Shown piece by piece: positions 21,475 through 31,254 of a DNA stretch of 64,000 bases; position 1 is the first letter of the stretch; the number at the start of each line of letters is the position of its first letter. The stretch comes from an uncultured Alphaproteobacteria bacterium (GTDB taxonomy: Bacteria; Pseudomonadota; Alphaproteobacteria; ATCC43930; CGMCC-115725): NCBI GenBank assembly GCA_963851285.1, contig CAWKOL010000003.1, positions 16,093 to 80,092 on the forward strand, written 5' to 3'. The position numbers were made by a program, and so were the translations under genes. The notes beneath the pieces are model-generated. The model was not told where the DNA came from. It was given only the letters and a program-made list of their open reading frames with translations, and did no database searches.

Positions 21475-21905
21475 TCACTCCACCACTTCGAGGCCCATCG
21501 AGCGCGCCGAGCCCGGCGATCATGCGGGCGCGCGCCGTCGATGTCCTTGGCGTTGAGATCGGCCATCTTCTTCTGCGCGATGTCGCGGATCTGCGCCATC
21601 GTCACCTTGCCGACCGTGCCCTTGCCCGGCGTCTGCGAGCCCTTCTCGAGCCCCGCCGCCTTCAGCAGGAAATAGGAGTTGGGCGGCGTCTTGGTGATGA
21701 AGGTGAAGCTGCGGTCGGCAAAGGCCGTGATCACCACCGGAATCGGCATGCCCGGTTCCATGTTCTGCGTCTGCGCGTTGAACGCCTTGCAGAACTCCAT
21801 GATGTTGAGGCCGCGCTGGCCCAGCGCCGGCCCGATCGGCGGCGACGGATTGGCCTTGCCGGCCGGCACTTGCAGCTTGATGAAACCGACGACTTTCTTT
21901 GCCAC
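21475..21905 (-). pseudogene. rplK: 50S ribosomal protein L11; two apparent +1 insertions near 21527 and 21513 (probably sequence errors)
   Basis: GTG at 21905 gives [47 protein letters not shown]...NAKDIDGA. The tail RMIAG and [11 protein letters not shown] lies in shifted frames. Removing 2 nt gives 142 aa. Confidence 0.88.
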
Positions 21906-22020
21906 GACCAAGCCCTTTCTTCAGGGGTTGCGGTACGGCGTTGGCGTGCCTCCCGCAGAAATCTTAACTTCCGCTCGCCGCCAGCCGCCACACCAACCCT
22001 GGCGGCTCGCGTAATGCGGC

Positions 22021-22553
22021 TTACATCTTCTCTACTTGGGAATACTCCAGCTCGACCGGGGTCGCGCGGCCGAAGATCGACACCGCGACCTTGATGCGCG
22101 ACTTCTCCTCGTCGACTTCTTCGACGAAGCCGTTGAACGACGTGAACGGCCCTTCCTTGACGCGAACCTGCTCGCCGATCTCGAAGATGATCGAGGGCTT
22201 GGGCCGCTCGATGCCTTCCTGGATCTGCTTCATGATCCGCATCGCCTCGGCCTCGGTGATCGGCAGCGGCTTGCCCTTGCCGCCCAGGAAGCCCGTGACC
22301 TTCGGCGTGTTCTTCACCAGGTGCCAAGTCTCGTCCGACAGGTCCATCTTCACCAGCACATAGCCCGGGAAAGATCTTGCGCTCGGACGACACCTTGGCG
22401 CCGCGCTTGACCTCGACCACTTCCTCGGTCGGCACCAGAATCTGCTCGAAGCGCCGGCGACACGCCTTTCTGTTTCGCCTGCTCCTCGATCGAGTGGGCG
22501 ACCTTTTTCTCGAAGCCCGAATAGACGTGGATCACGTACCAGCGCGCGGCCAT
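22021..22553 (-). pseudogene. nusG: Transcription termination/antitermination factor NusG; two apparent +1 insertions near 22455 and 22376 (probably sequence errors)
   Basis: [30 protein letters not shown] (Met at 22553), then [29 protein letters not shown] (frame of ORF 21731..22435). It continues as [27 protein letters not shown]...[10 protein letters not shown] (ORF 22021..22599). Confidence 0.88.
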
Positions 22554-22558
22554 GGTCT

Positions 22559-22756
22559 TTAAGCTCCGAGACTGAGGACGTATCGGACGGCATGACCAAG
22601 GACCAAATCCACCACGAAAAAGAAGAGCGACGCCAAAATCACCATCAGGAAGACCATGGCGGTCGTCTGCAAGGTCTCGCGGCGTGACGGCCACGTGACT
22701 TTTCCCACTTCCTGCCGAACTTGGCGCAGGAACTCGACCGGAGACGTTGTTGCCAT
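22559..22756 (-). CDS. secE: Preprotein translocase subunit SecE
   Basis: 65-aa [53 protein letters not shown]. It has a single C-terminal TM helix and sits directly upstream of nusG. Confidence 0.9.
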   Translation of the reverse strand: MATTSPVEFLRQVRQEVGKVTWPSRRETLQTTAMVFLMVILASLFFFVVDLVLGHAVRYVLSLGA

Positions 22757-22972
22757 GATTGTCCTGAAGGGGCCGATATATAGCGGCCCCGACCGTGGAA
22801 TGGAAGGGGGTATTAAACTATCGCGTCAAGGAGGGCGATAGAAGTTCAATTGATGTCAAAGCGGTAATCGCGCCCGGCGAACGCGGGCGCCACCAAGACG
22901 TGAACCACCGTCCGTGTACCATGATCTCCGCCCTTGAGGCATCGTGTCCGCTGATTTCTTGGGAGCACGAGC

Positions 22973-23197
22973 ATGACCGACGCACCCGACGACACGATCG
23001 ACCCCGCGATTTGGGACGCGGAGCCGCTATTCGCCGACCGTTTCTATGTCAGCACAACCGACATGCTGCGATTGACGTTCGGCGAGGGCACTGCGGGCGA
23101 CGCGGCGCGCTATCACTGCGCCGTGGTAATGACACGCGGCACCGCGGCGGAGCTGCGTGACCTCCTCGCCAAGGTTCTGGCCGACATGGGCGGATAG
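22973..23197 (+). CDS. Hypothetical 74-aa protein
   Basis: ORF with GC-rich third codon positions (MTDAPDDTIDPAIWDAEPLFADRFYVSTTDMLRLTFGEG...). No family recognised. Confidence 0.4.
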   Translation: MTDAPDDTIDPAIWDAEPLFADRFYVSTTDMLRLTFGEGTAGDAARYHCAVVMTRGTAAELRDLLAKVLADMGG

Positions 23198-23204
23198 GCC
23201 GGGC

Positions 23205-23773
23205 TTAGAGATACCGCCGCACGCGGCGGCGATAGTCGGCGTACGCGGCGCCGTAATGTTGGGCGAGATACGCTTCCTCGCGCCTGACTTGGCGGTGGAA
23301 CAGCCAGGTCGCGGCGACGAGATAGACCAGCAGCATCCAGTTCGGGAACACCAGGAACTCGCCCAGCAGGATGAACCAGAACGCGACGTAGATCGGGTTG
23401 CGGCTCCACGGCGAACACGCCGCCGTGACCAGCTTGTCGGGGTGCTCGTCGTCGATGCCGACACGAAAGCTGCGGCCGAACGAGACGAGGCTCCAGAACA
23501 GGAACAGCAAGCCCGCCGCGCAAGAACGCCACGCCGCAGCCATGCGGCCGCGTCCGGAGACGAACAATCGCTGCTGCGCGATGGTCGGCCAGCCGAAGGC
23601 GTTGGCGAACACGATGTAGAAATAAAAGAAATGAACGGCGGGATGAGAAAGTCGGTCTTGTCCTGCTTGCCGAAATTCATCGCGCGTACGCCCTGTCGCC
23701 GCAGCATCGCGACGCGCGTCAGCACCATGCCCAAAAGCAGGACGATCGCCAGCGCCGCGAAATAGCGCGGCAT
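23205..23773 (-). pseudogene. Isoprenylcysteine carboxyl methyltransferase (ICMT/PEMT)-family membrane methyltransferase; one frame change near 23635
   Basis: MPRYFAALAIVLLLGMVLTRVAMLRRQGVRAMNFGKQDKTDFLIPP (frame of ORF 23027..23851) continues as HFFYFYIVFANAFGW...SRNPIYVAFWFILLGEFLVF...REEAYLAQHYGAAYADYRRRVRRYL (ORF 23205..23888). The RNPIY motif is typical of the family. Confidence 0.7.
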
Positions 23774-25039
23774 CACGCTGGCGCGCGGCGCGGACTCTCG
23801 ATGTTCGGCAGAAGCGCGGCCAGGAGGCCGATCGCGGGTAAGAAGGCACAAACCTCATAGACGAACTCGATGCTGGTCCAGTCGGCAAGCCAGCCCAGCA
23901 CGGCGGCGCCGATGCCGCCCATGCCGAACGCGAAGCCGAAGAAAAGGCCCGATACCGCGCCGACGCGGCCGGGCATCAGTTCTTGCGCATAGACCACGAT
24001 CGCGGAGAACGCCGACGACAGAATCAAGCCAATCAGCACGCTCAAAATCACCGTGCCCGTGAGACCGACATAAGGCAGCGCCACGGTGAAGGGCAGCACG
24101 CCGAGGATCGAGGCCCAGATCACTGGCTTGCGGCCGATGCGGTCGCCGATCGGACCGCCGGCGATGGTGCCGGCCGCGGCCGCGGCGAGGAACACGAACA
24201 GGCAGAGCTGCGCATCTTCGGTCGACAGGCCGAAATGATGTTGGAGATAGAACAGGTAATAGGACGTGATGCTCGCCAGATAGAAATACTTGGAAAAGAT
24301 CAACGCGATCAGCACCGCGATGGCGCGCCGAACGGTGCGCGCCGGAAACGGCGACGCAACGTCGGCCGTCTGCTTACGCGTATGGCGATGCGCCTCGCCC
24401 GTGCCTTTGTACCATTGCGACAGGATGGTGAGGATCGCCATCGCGCCCAGCGCAACGAGCGCGAACCACGCCATGCTCGCCTGTCCGCGCGGCACGATGA
24501 AGAACGCCGCGGCCAAGCGGGCCGAGCGACTGGCCGAAATTGCCGCCGACCTGGAACAGCGACTGCGCGAGGCCGTGCTGACCGCCTGAAGCGAGCCGCG
24601 CGATGCGCGAGGATTCCGGATGGAAGATCGAGGACCCGATGCCGAGCATCCCGGCGCCGAGGATCAGCATCAGATAACTGTCCGCGAGCGCGACCATGAC
24701 CAGGCCGACTAAGGTCGAGGCCATGCTGAAGGGCAGCGAGTAGGCTTGCGGGCGCTTATCGGTGAACAGGCCGACGATCGGCTGCAGCATCGAGGCGGTG
24801 AACTGATAGGTCAGCGTGAGGAGCCCGATCTGGCCGAACGACAGGTCGAAGCCGCCCTTCAACAGCGGATAGATCGCCGGCAGCAACGACTGCATCATGT
24901 CGTTTAGGAGGTGACAGAAACTGATCGCCCCCAGAACGCCGAACGTCGCTCGCTCCCCCCGCGTCCCAGCCGCTATCGCCGATTCAGCCACTGTGCGATC
25001 CTTCCACGTCCTGCACTCACGGGCGACGAGATAGTCCAT
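23773..25039 (-). pseudogene. MFS transporter, fosmidomycin-resistance (Fsr)-like; one apparent +1 insertion near 24521
   Basis: N-terminal half ...ATFGVLGAISFCHLLNDMMQSLLPAIYPLLKGGFDLSFGQIGLLT...SLFQVGGNFGQSLGPL (ORF 24374..25084) continues as AAAFFIVPRGQ...GDRIGRKPVIW...GFAFGMGGIGAAVLGWLAD (ORF 23773..24516). Start choice is uncertain. Confidence 0.72.
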
Positions 25040-25098
25040 GTCGCCCAAGGCTACAACGCCGCCGGGCGGGACGCAGGAATGCACGATGCGTCAGTGGC

Positions 25099-25287
25099 TC
25101 AATGGCGCATTGCGGACGAACCGGAAGACGGCGCGACCCCGAGGCGCTCGCTCTCGGTACAATCCGCGAGCAAGCGCCATTTGGCGGCCAACTCGAGAAG
25201 CAGCGGGCGCTGCGGCACGAATTCGGAATTGTCTGCCAGCCGCTCGCAATCTTCAGCGCGCGCCAGAAGTTCAGGAATCGTCAACAT
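25099..25287 (-). CDS. Small hypothetical helical protein (62 aa)
   Basis: Internal Met of ORF 25099..25338: MLTIPELLARAEDCERLADNSEFVPQRPLLLELAAKWRLLADCTESERL.... No clear RBS. Confidence 0.3.
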   Translation of the reverse strand: MLTIPELLARAEDCERLADNSEFVPQRPLLLELAAKWRLLADCTESERLGVAPSSGSSAMRH

Positions 25288-25338
25288 ACGAATCTTTATG
25301 GACGGAACGACCGGCGATATCCCCGCCGGAAATCGCAC

Positions 25339-25533
25339 CTAAAGCCGATTTAAGCCAGCATGCCCCGGATTGATGGTGCCGGCCTCTTCCTGAGCCGCCG
25401 GAATGGGCGTAGGGCCGCACGCGACCCGACTTTCCAATTCCTGGATCATATCCGTCAGCAGCTTGCGAACGCGCGGGTCCTTTTCTAACTCGAGCAGCAT
25501 CCGGTACCGATCGGCATCGTGACGCATGTGCAT
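25339..25533 (-). CDS. Small hypothetical helical protein (64 aa)
   Basis: Internal Met of ORF 25339..25638, preceded by GGGAGAGG: MHMRHDADRYRMLLELEKDPRVRKLLTDMIQELESRVA.... Directly upstream of the 25099..25287 ORF. Confidence 0.4.
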   Translation of the reverse strand: MHMRHDADRYRMLLELEKDPRVRKLLTDMIQELESRVACGPTPIPAAQEEAGTINPGHAGLNRL

Positions 25534-25716
25534 GTGCCTCTCCCACACCCACGAATAGTAAGACAACGGCTTATCTGCGGTAATAGTTCCGGCGATTGCG
25601 CCCCTTACACCAAAATTTCCGCAAGGGCGGCCGGACATCCTGCTGAGTCACACACGCGCTTGTTATCCTAGGAACGACCATGCACTCTCGGCGGGTACGT
25701 GCCGCGTGAGGAACCG

Positions 25717-26360
25717 ATGCCCAACATCCCCGACGATATCTTCACCGAACCCGATAGACTTCTCGCCCGATACGCTGGCCAATCTCGGGCCGCTAAAACG
25801 CCTAGCCGGCGTGTGGCAGTCGGATCGGGGCCTGGACATCAATCCCAAAGAGGACGGCCCCGAACGGCGCGTGTTCCTCGAACATATCCGTATGGACCCG
25901 ATCGACGCCGCAGACCAACGGCCCGCAACTCCTCTACGGGCTGCGCTACCACATCCATATCAACACGCCGGAGGAGGCTATCACGTTCCACGATCAGGTC
26001 GGCTATTGGCTGTGGGAGCCGGCCACCGGGCTGATCATGCAAACCATCGCCATCCCGCGCGGCCAGGTGGTTCTGGCGGGCGGCACGGCGAAGCCGGACG
26101 ACAAGCGCATTTCGGTGGAGGCAAGGCGCGGCGATACGCGTTTCGGGATTTGCTCGACCACGTTCCTCGAAGAGGCGTTTCGCACCGACTATTACCGCAT
26201 CGACATCACCTTCAACGATGACGACAGCTGGACCTATGTGACGCGCACGGACCTCGCGGTGCGCGGCAAGACGCCGGCGTTCGACCATCGCGACACCAAT
26301 ACGCTGCGGCAGGTCGCGTCGCCGACGCCGAACCCGCTCGTCGATCTGCTGAAGAAATGA
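25717..26360 (+). pseudogene. Nitrobindin/DUF1794-like (THAP4-type heme-binding beta-barrel) protein; one clear frame change near 25920 and a possible one near 25751
   Basis: MPNIPDDIFTEP, then IDFSPDTLANLGPLKRLAGVWQSDRGLDINPKEDGPERRVFLEHIRMDPIDAADQ (ORF 25706..26221 frame). It continues as PQLLYGLRYHIHINTPEEAITFHDQVGYWLWEPATGLIMQTIAIPRGQ...WTYVTRTDLAVRGKTPAFDHRDTNTL (ORF 26037..26360 frame). The LGPLxxLxGxW start is typical of this family. Confidence 0.55.
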
Positions 26361-26691
26361 ATTTTTCTGTGGAAAACTGACGGCTTTTTGTTGCGGTTTT
26401 CACGAGTCGCGGTACCGTCATGTTGTCGAAACCGGCAGGCCTCACGGGGCCCAAGGGATCGGCAAAAGGGCGAAAGCTCATCGGCTCCATTCGTCGTGGA
26501 GATGGCCAGGGTGGTGATTGGCCAGAAAGGGGGATGACACCTCGATAATCACTCCCAACCCGGATTCGATTTCTGTGCGGCGGCTTCTGGCCTCGTGAGG
26601 GCCGTGAGAATGGCGCGCATATCGGATGGCTGACGGTCGTGAGGCCGGCGGCGGAATGGGTCGGTGGTTCGGCACCGTAAGGTGGCCCTGG

Positions 26692-27117
26692 TTAGACCCG
26701 ACAGCTACGGATAGGGGGACGCCCCGAAGCTAACCAACCACTCTGAACGTCTGAGACACGCCTGATTAGGAGCAATCCTTCTCCAAAGCGATCTCGGCCA
26801 AGGGCGGGACAGGGGAAACCCTCTCTCGCCCGATTGGCGTTTGGGGATACACACCCCTGTAAGCCGTCGCTTACGGATTCGGGCGTCCCGACCGGTCCGC
26901 GGGGAACCGTGATACTGCTCGGCTTGCAGGTATATTCGGTGACGGCGATGCCAAGTAGGGCCTGTGCCCCCAAGGGACAGCCAGGATTCAATTCGAATTG
27001 TGCCGTGCTTTGCGGTGCCGATGCGCTTTGCGGCGGCGCTTGTACGCTGTTCGGGCGCTGCTCGCACCCGGTCGCGATCAGCGCCAGCGCCGCCAGCATG
27101 ACCAATCGTTTTTGCAA
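26692..27117 (-). CDS. Putative small lipoprotein (3' extent doubtful)
   Basis: TTG at 27117, 8 nt after GAGG, gives MQKRLVMLAALALIATGCEQRPNSVQAPPQSASAPQ (signal peptide plus lipobox-like IATGC). Third-position GC falls off below about 26900, so the distal third may be non-coding. Confidence 0.35.
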   Translation of the reverse strand: MQKRLVMLAALALIATGCEQRPNSVQAPPQSASAPQSTAQFELNPGCPLGAQALLGIAVTEYTCKPSSITVPRGPVGTPESVSDGLQGCVSPNANRAREGFPCPALGRDRFGEGLLLIRRVSDVQSGWLASGRPPIRSCRV

Positions 27118-27282
27118 GTTCCCGCCTCGAACGTCGCCGTGGGGACTACCCCGGCCTTCGGTGGATATCCGGCCGGATTCGTGGGCTGTGAGGCTAGCCC
27201 AAGCCCGGCACGGTGAGCAACCACCACGGCTCGAACGGAACGTCATGTATCGCTCGACTTAGGCCATTTTGAATTTGCGCAC

Positions 27283-28266
27283 TCAGCGATCGCCTCGCCG
27301 CGGCAGCAATTTTTTCGCCTGGAAGAGAAGGTCCGCCACGGCCGTTGCCGCCGCATGGATGTCGTCGCGTCGTCGCGCAATCCAGCGTCGCCGCCTTAAG
27401 AGTTGCTGTTCAACGTGGTCGATGTGGACCTGGCGCAACTGGTCCGCGACCCTGTCGCACGCCTGATGCAGCGCGGGACCGTCGCCAGCCGCAAACGCCG
27501 CCGCAATGTCATCGGTCCAGCCCGGTTGGCGGTCGTCGGTAACGCCGATGCGTTCGCGCCTCAATTCGTTCGAGAGGAACTCGGCAAGGAGGCGTTCCGC
27601 GCGATCGGAGGGCACCGGCCATTCGATGGCCAAGGCGCCGGCGACCCGCTGGAGCATGCGCGTGCGCTCGCTCGCCACGTCGAGCAGGTCGGGATAATGC
27701 ACGATCGCCCGCAGCCCAAGGCGCGTTTCGGCCTCGGCCTCCAAAACATAGCGAAGCCACAAAAGTTCGGCGTAGGACTGGCTGAACGGGTAACTGCGGC
27801 GCTGCGACGCGATCACTTCGGCCGGATCGCGCATGACCAGAACGTAGCGTGCCGCAACGCCCGCGTCGCGCAGGATGGTCCGCCACAGGGGCAACAGCCG
27901 GCACAATCGCGGATCTTTGATTGCCCAAATTTTTTTGCCGGCAAAATCGCTGCGCAGGATATCGCCGATTCGGCGCGCGGCCTTCGCGGCCGCTCGGGTC
28001 TCCAGCCATCGATCGGGCAGCGGCCGGGCATCGCTCCATGAGCGATCCAGCCGTCTCAGGAGACGATCGTGGATCATCATGATGTGGCGATGTTCCCAAA
28101 AGCCGCGCGGATTGGCGTCGCTAGCCCCGAGAAGCTGCTCGCCCACATCAACTCCGAGTATGTTGAGCGTGCCGGTCAGTGCCGACGTGCCGCTGCGCGG
28201 CGCACCGAGTACGAAGATCGCGGTCGAGCCATCGGGCGCGGTTCCCGCCGCCTTCACGTCCGCCAT
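27283..28266 (-). CDS. Sulfotransferase-family protein
   Basis: Intact 327-aa ORF. It has the PAPS 5'-phosphosulfate loop-like GAPRSGTS near the N-terminus and VLVMRDPAEVIAS further on. The C-terminal ~90 aa are helical and Arg-rich. Confidence 0.7.
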   Translation of the reverse strand: MADVKAAGTAPDGSTAIFVLGAPRSGTSALTGTLNILGVDVGEQLLGASDANPRGFWEHRHIMMIHDRLLRRLDRSWSDARPLPDRWLETRAAAKAARRIGDILRSDFAGKKIWAIKDPRLCRLLPLWRTILRDAGVAARYVLVMRDPAEVIASQRRSYPFSQSYAELLWLRYVLEAEAETRLGLRAIVHYPDLLDVASERTRMLQRVAGALAIEWPVPSDRAERLLAEFLSNELRRERIGVTDDRQPGWTDDIAAAFAAGDGPALHQACDRVADQLRQVHIDHVEQQLLRRRRWIARRRDDIHAAATAVADLLFQAKKLLPRRGDR

Positions 28267-28546
28267 GAAGCGACTTTCGACGGATACAAAACCTCGACAT
28301 ATTTATTTTTATCGCGGTTGCTGCATCCGAGCCGGCTGCCTTGCCCGCTCAGCAAGTCGAGGAGCGACGGGCCACCAGTCTTCGATCTAAGGGGATGAAA
28401 GGCGGCAACCCTCGCGTCCATGACACAATTATTAATGGTCGTCTTGCCAAATGTACATGATTTAACATTTGGTAGGCTGGCCCCCCGGATTCAATTACAA
28501 AAAAATTGCGATTAAGACGGCCGTATCGAGCTGGCCATGATAAGGG

Positions 28547-28622
28547 TGGCAGGAGCGGAGGGGCTCGAACCCCCAACCCCCGGTTTTGGAGACCGGTGCT
28601 CTACCAATTGAGCTACACTCCT
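28547..28622 (-). tRNA. tRNA-Trp (anticodon CCA)
   Basis: Minus strand reads AGGAGTGTAGCTCAATTGGTAGAGCACCGGTCTCCAAAACCGGGGGTTGGGGGTTCGAGCCCCTCCGCTCCTGCCA. Cloverleaf with CTCCAAA anticodon loop, 76 nt, CCA encoded. Confidence 0.93.
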
Positions 28623-28667
28623 ACGCGCGGCGCGCTTCATAGCAGACGGACGCGCGCTGCGCCACCG

Positions 28668-29460
28668 CTAGAGGCCGACGCCACCATCCAGCACAATGGT
28701 CTGCCCGGTCATGTAGTCCGACGCGTCCGAGGCGAGATAGAGCGCGAGCAGCCGACCTCGCGCAGCTTGCCGGGACGCCTCAGCGGCACCGTGGTTCTTG
28801 GTCCGCTCTTCGGTCTGGCGCACGCGTTCCTCGCCCGAGGTCACCACGTCGGGGAAAAAGCCGGGCGAGATTGCGTTGACATGGATGCCATAGGGCGCCC
28901 ATTCCAGCGCCTGCGCCCGGGTGAAACCGGCGAGCGCGGTCTTCGCCGTGGTGTAGAGCACCATGTCGCGCCCGCCCGAATGTGTGACCCACGACGCGAT
29001 GTTGATTACCTTGCCCGAGCCGCCGCGCCAGCATGTGCGGCCCGACCGCGCGCGTGCACAGCAGCGCCTCGGTCAGGTTCACGTCCATGATAAAGCGAAG
29101 CTCTTCGTCGGAGGCCGCCGGCGTCGTGTGTTGCCCGGCAGCTTGCGCCAGCGGCTTGCGGATGGAATTGCCCAGCGCGTTCACCAGCACGTCGATACGG
29201 CCGAAGGTTTGCAGCACTTGGTCGACCGCGCGCTTCACCGTGTCGGGCTTCGTCACATCGGCGACGACCGGCACGACGCGGCGGCCGGACGACGCCGCGA
29301 TGTCCTTGGCCACGCCCTCGACATATTTCGGCGTCAGCGCGTTGAGCGCAATGTCGGCGCCGGCCTCGGCCAGCACCTGCGCGATGCCCTTGCCGATGCC
29401 ACGCCCCGCACCGGTGATGAAGACGATCTTGCCGGTGATGTCGTATTCGCGCGGCATCAT
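28668..29460 (-). pseudogene. Short-chain dehydrogenase/reductase (SDR); frame change near 29015 plus a compensated out-of-frame segment about 28762-28830
   Basis: [30 protein letters not shown]... (ORF 28780..29460) joins [54 protein letters not shown] (ORF 28668..28964 frame). The segment read as HGAAEASRQAARGR becomes the family-typical VPLRRPGKLREVG in the +1 frame. Confidence 0.8.
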
Positions 29461-29575
29461 GGGGGGTCCTCTGCTTGTATTGCGTCACGACCTTAGCGCT
29501 CCTCCCCCAGGCAGGGGAGAGGGCTGTCCAAGTCGAGGAATAGTGCCGTGCGTCCCTCGGGTGAGGGCTATGCCC

Positions 29576-30768
<1,193 letters not shown>

Positions 30769-30818
30769 GATGAAGCATCCTATCGCTGAAAATAATGACC
30801 GCGCATGCCGGCCGGCGC

Positions 30819-30892
<74 letters not shown>

Positions 30893-30934
30893 CGGGCACC
30901 GCATCCTTTAACTCCCGATCGCCGAAAACGCGGC

Positions 30935-31020
<86 letters not shown>

Positions 31021-31048
31021 GGGCCGCTCCGGCGCAGCGGACGCGCGG

Positions 31049-31076
31049 GTGTAAGGTTTCCCGTGAAATTTGTCAA
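31049..31076 (-). promoter_or_regulatory. Candidate sigma70-type promoter for the tRNA-Tyr/tRNA-Gly/tuf unit
   Basis: Minus strand has TTGACA (31076..31071), a 16-nt spacer, TTACAC (31054..31049), then a GC-rich discriminator CCGCGCG, about 30 nt upstream of the tRNA-Tyr 5' end. Pattern match only. Confidence 0.3.
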
Positions 31077-31120
31077 TGAAACGGGCCGAACCGCCATCTA
31101 TCGTCGTGTTATTGTCGTGG

Positions 31121-31158
31121 TTCAGGCAAATCGCCGAAGTTCAGGCAAATCGCCGAAA
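31121..31158. repeat. Tandem duplication of a 19-bp unit (TTCAGGCAAATCGCCGAAG / ...AAA)
   Basis: Read directly: TTCAGGCAAATCGCCGAAG at 31121..31139 and TTCAGGCAAATCGCCGAAA at 31140..31158, 18/19 identical. Lies in the divergent tRNA-Tyr / msbA-like intergenic region. Confidence 0.9.
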
Positions 31159-31254
31159 TAATTGCCGCAGCGCACAATGTTGGACTTGCGCGAGCGGCGC
31201 TTCGATAATACGGGATGGCCGATTGTCTAGGGCGATGGATCGAGTGGAGTCACG

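Noticed and set aside
22757-28546. Calling the secE / tRNA-Trp insert a mobile genetic element or prophage remnant
   Set aside because: No integrase, transposase, phage or conjugation gene was seen, and no flanking direct repeat by eye. Only the tRNA-adjacent position and a local AT-rich tract support mobility, so it is reported as a finding, not as a mobile_element feature.
31121-31158. CRISPR-like or other array interpretation of the direct repeats (also the heptads at 10938 and 53104)
   Set aside because: There are only two 19-bp units with no spacers. The heptad units are 7 nt. No cas genes are present anywhere in the window.
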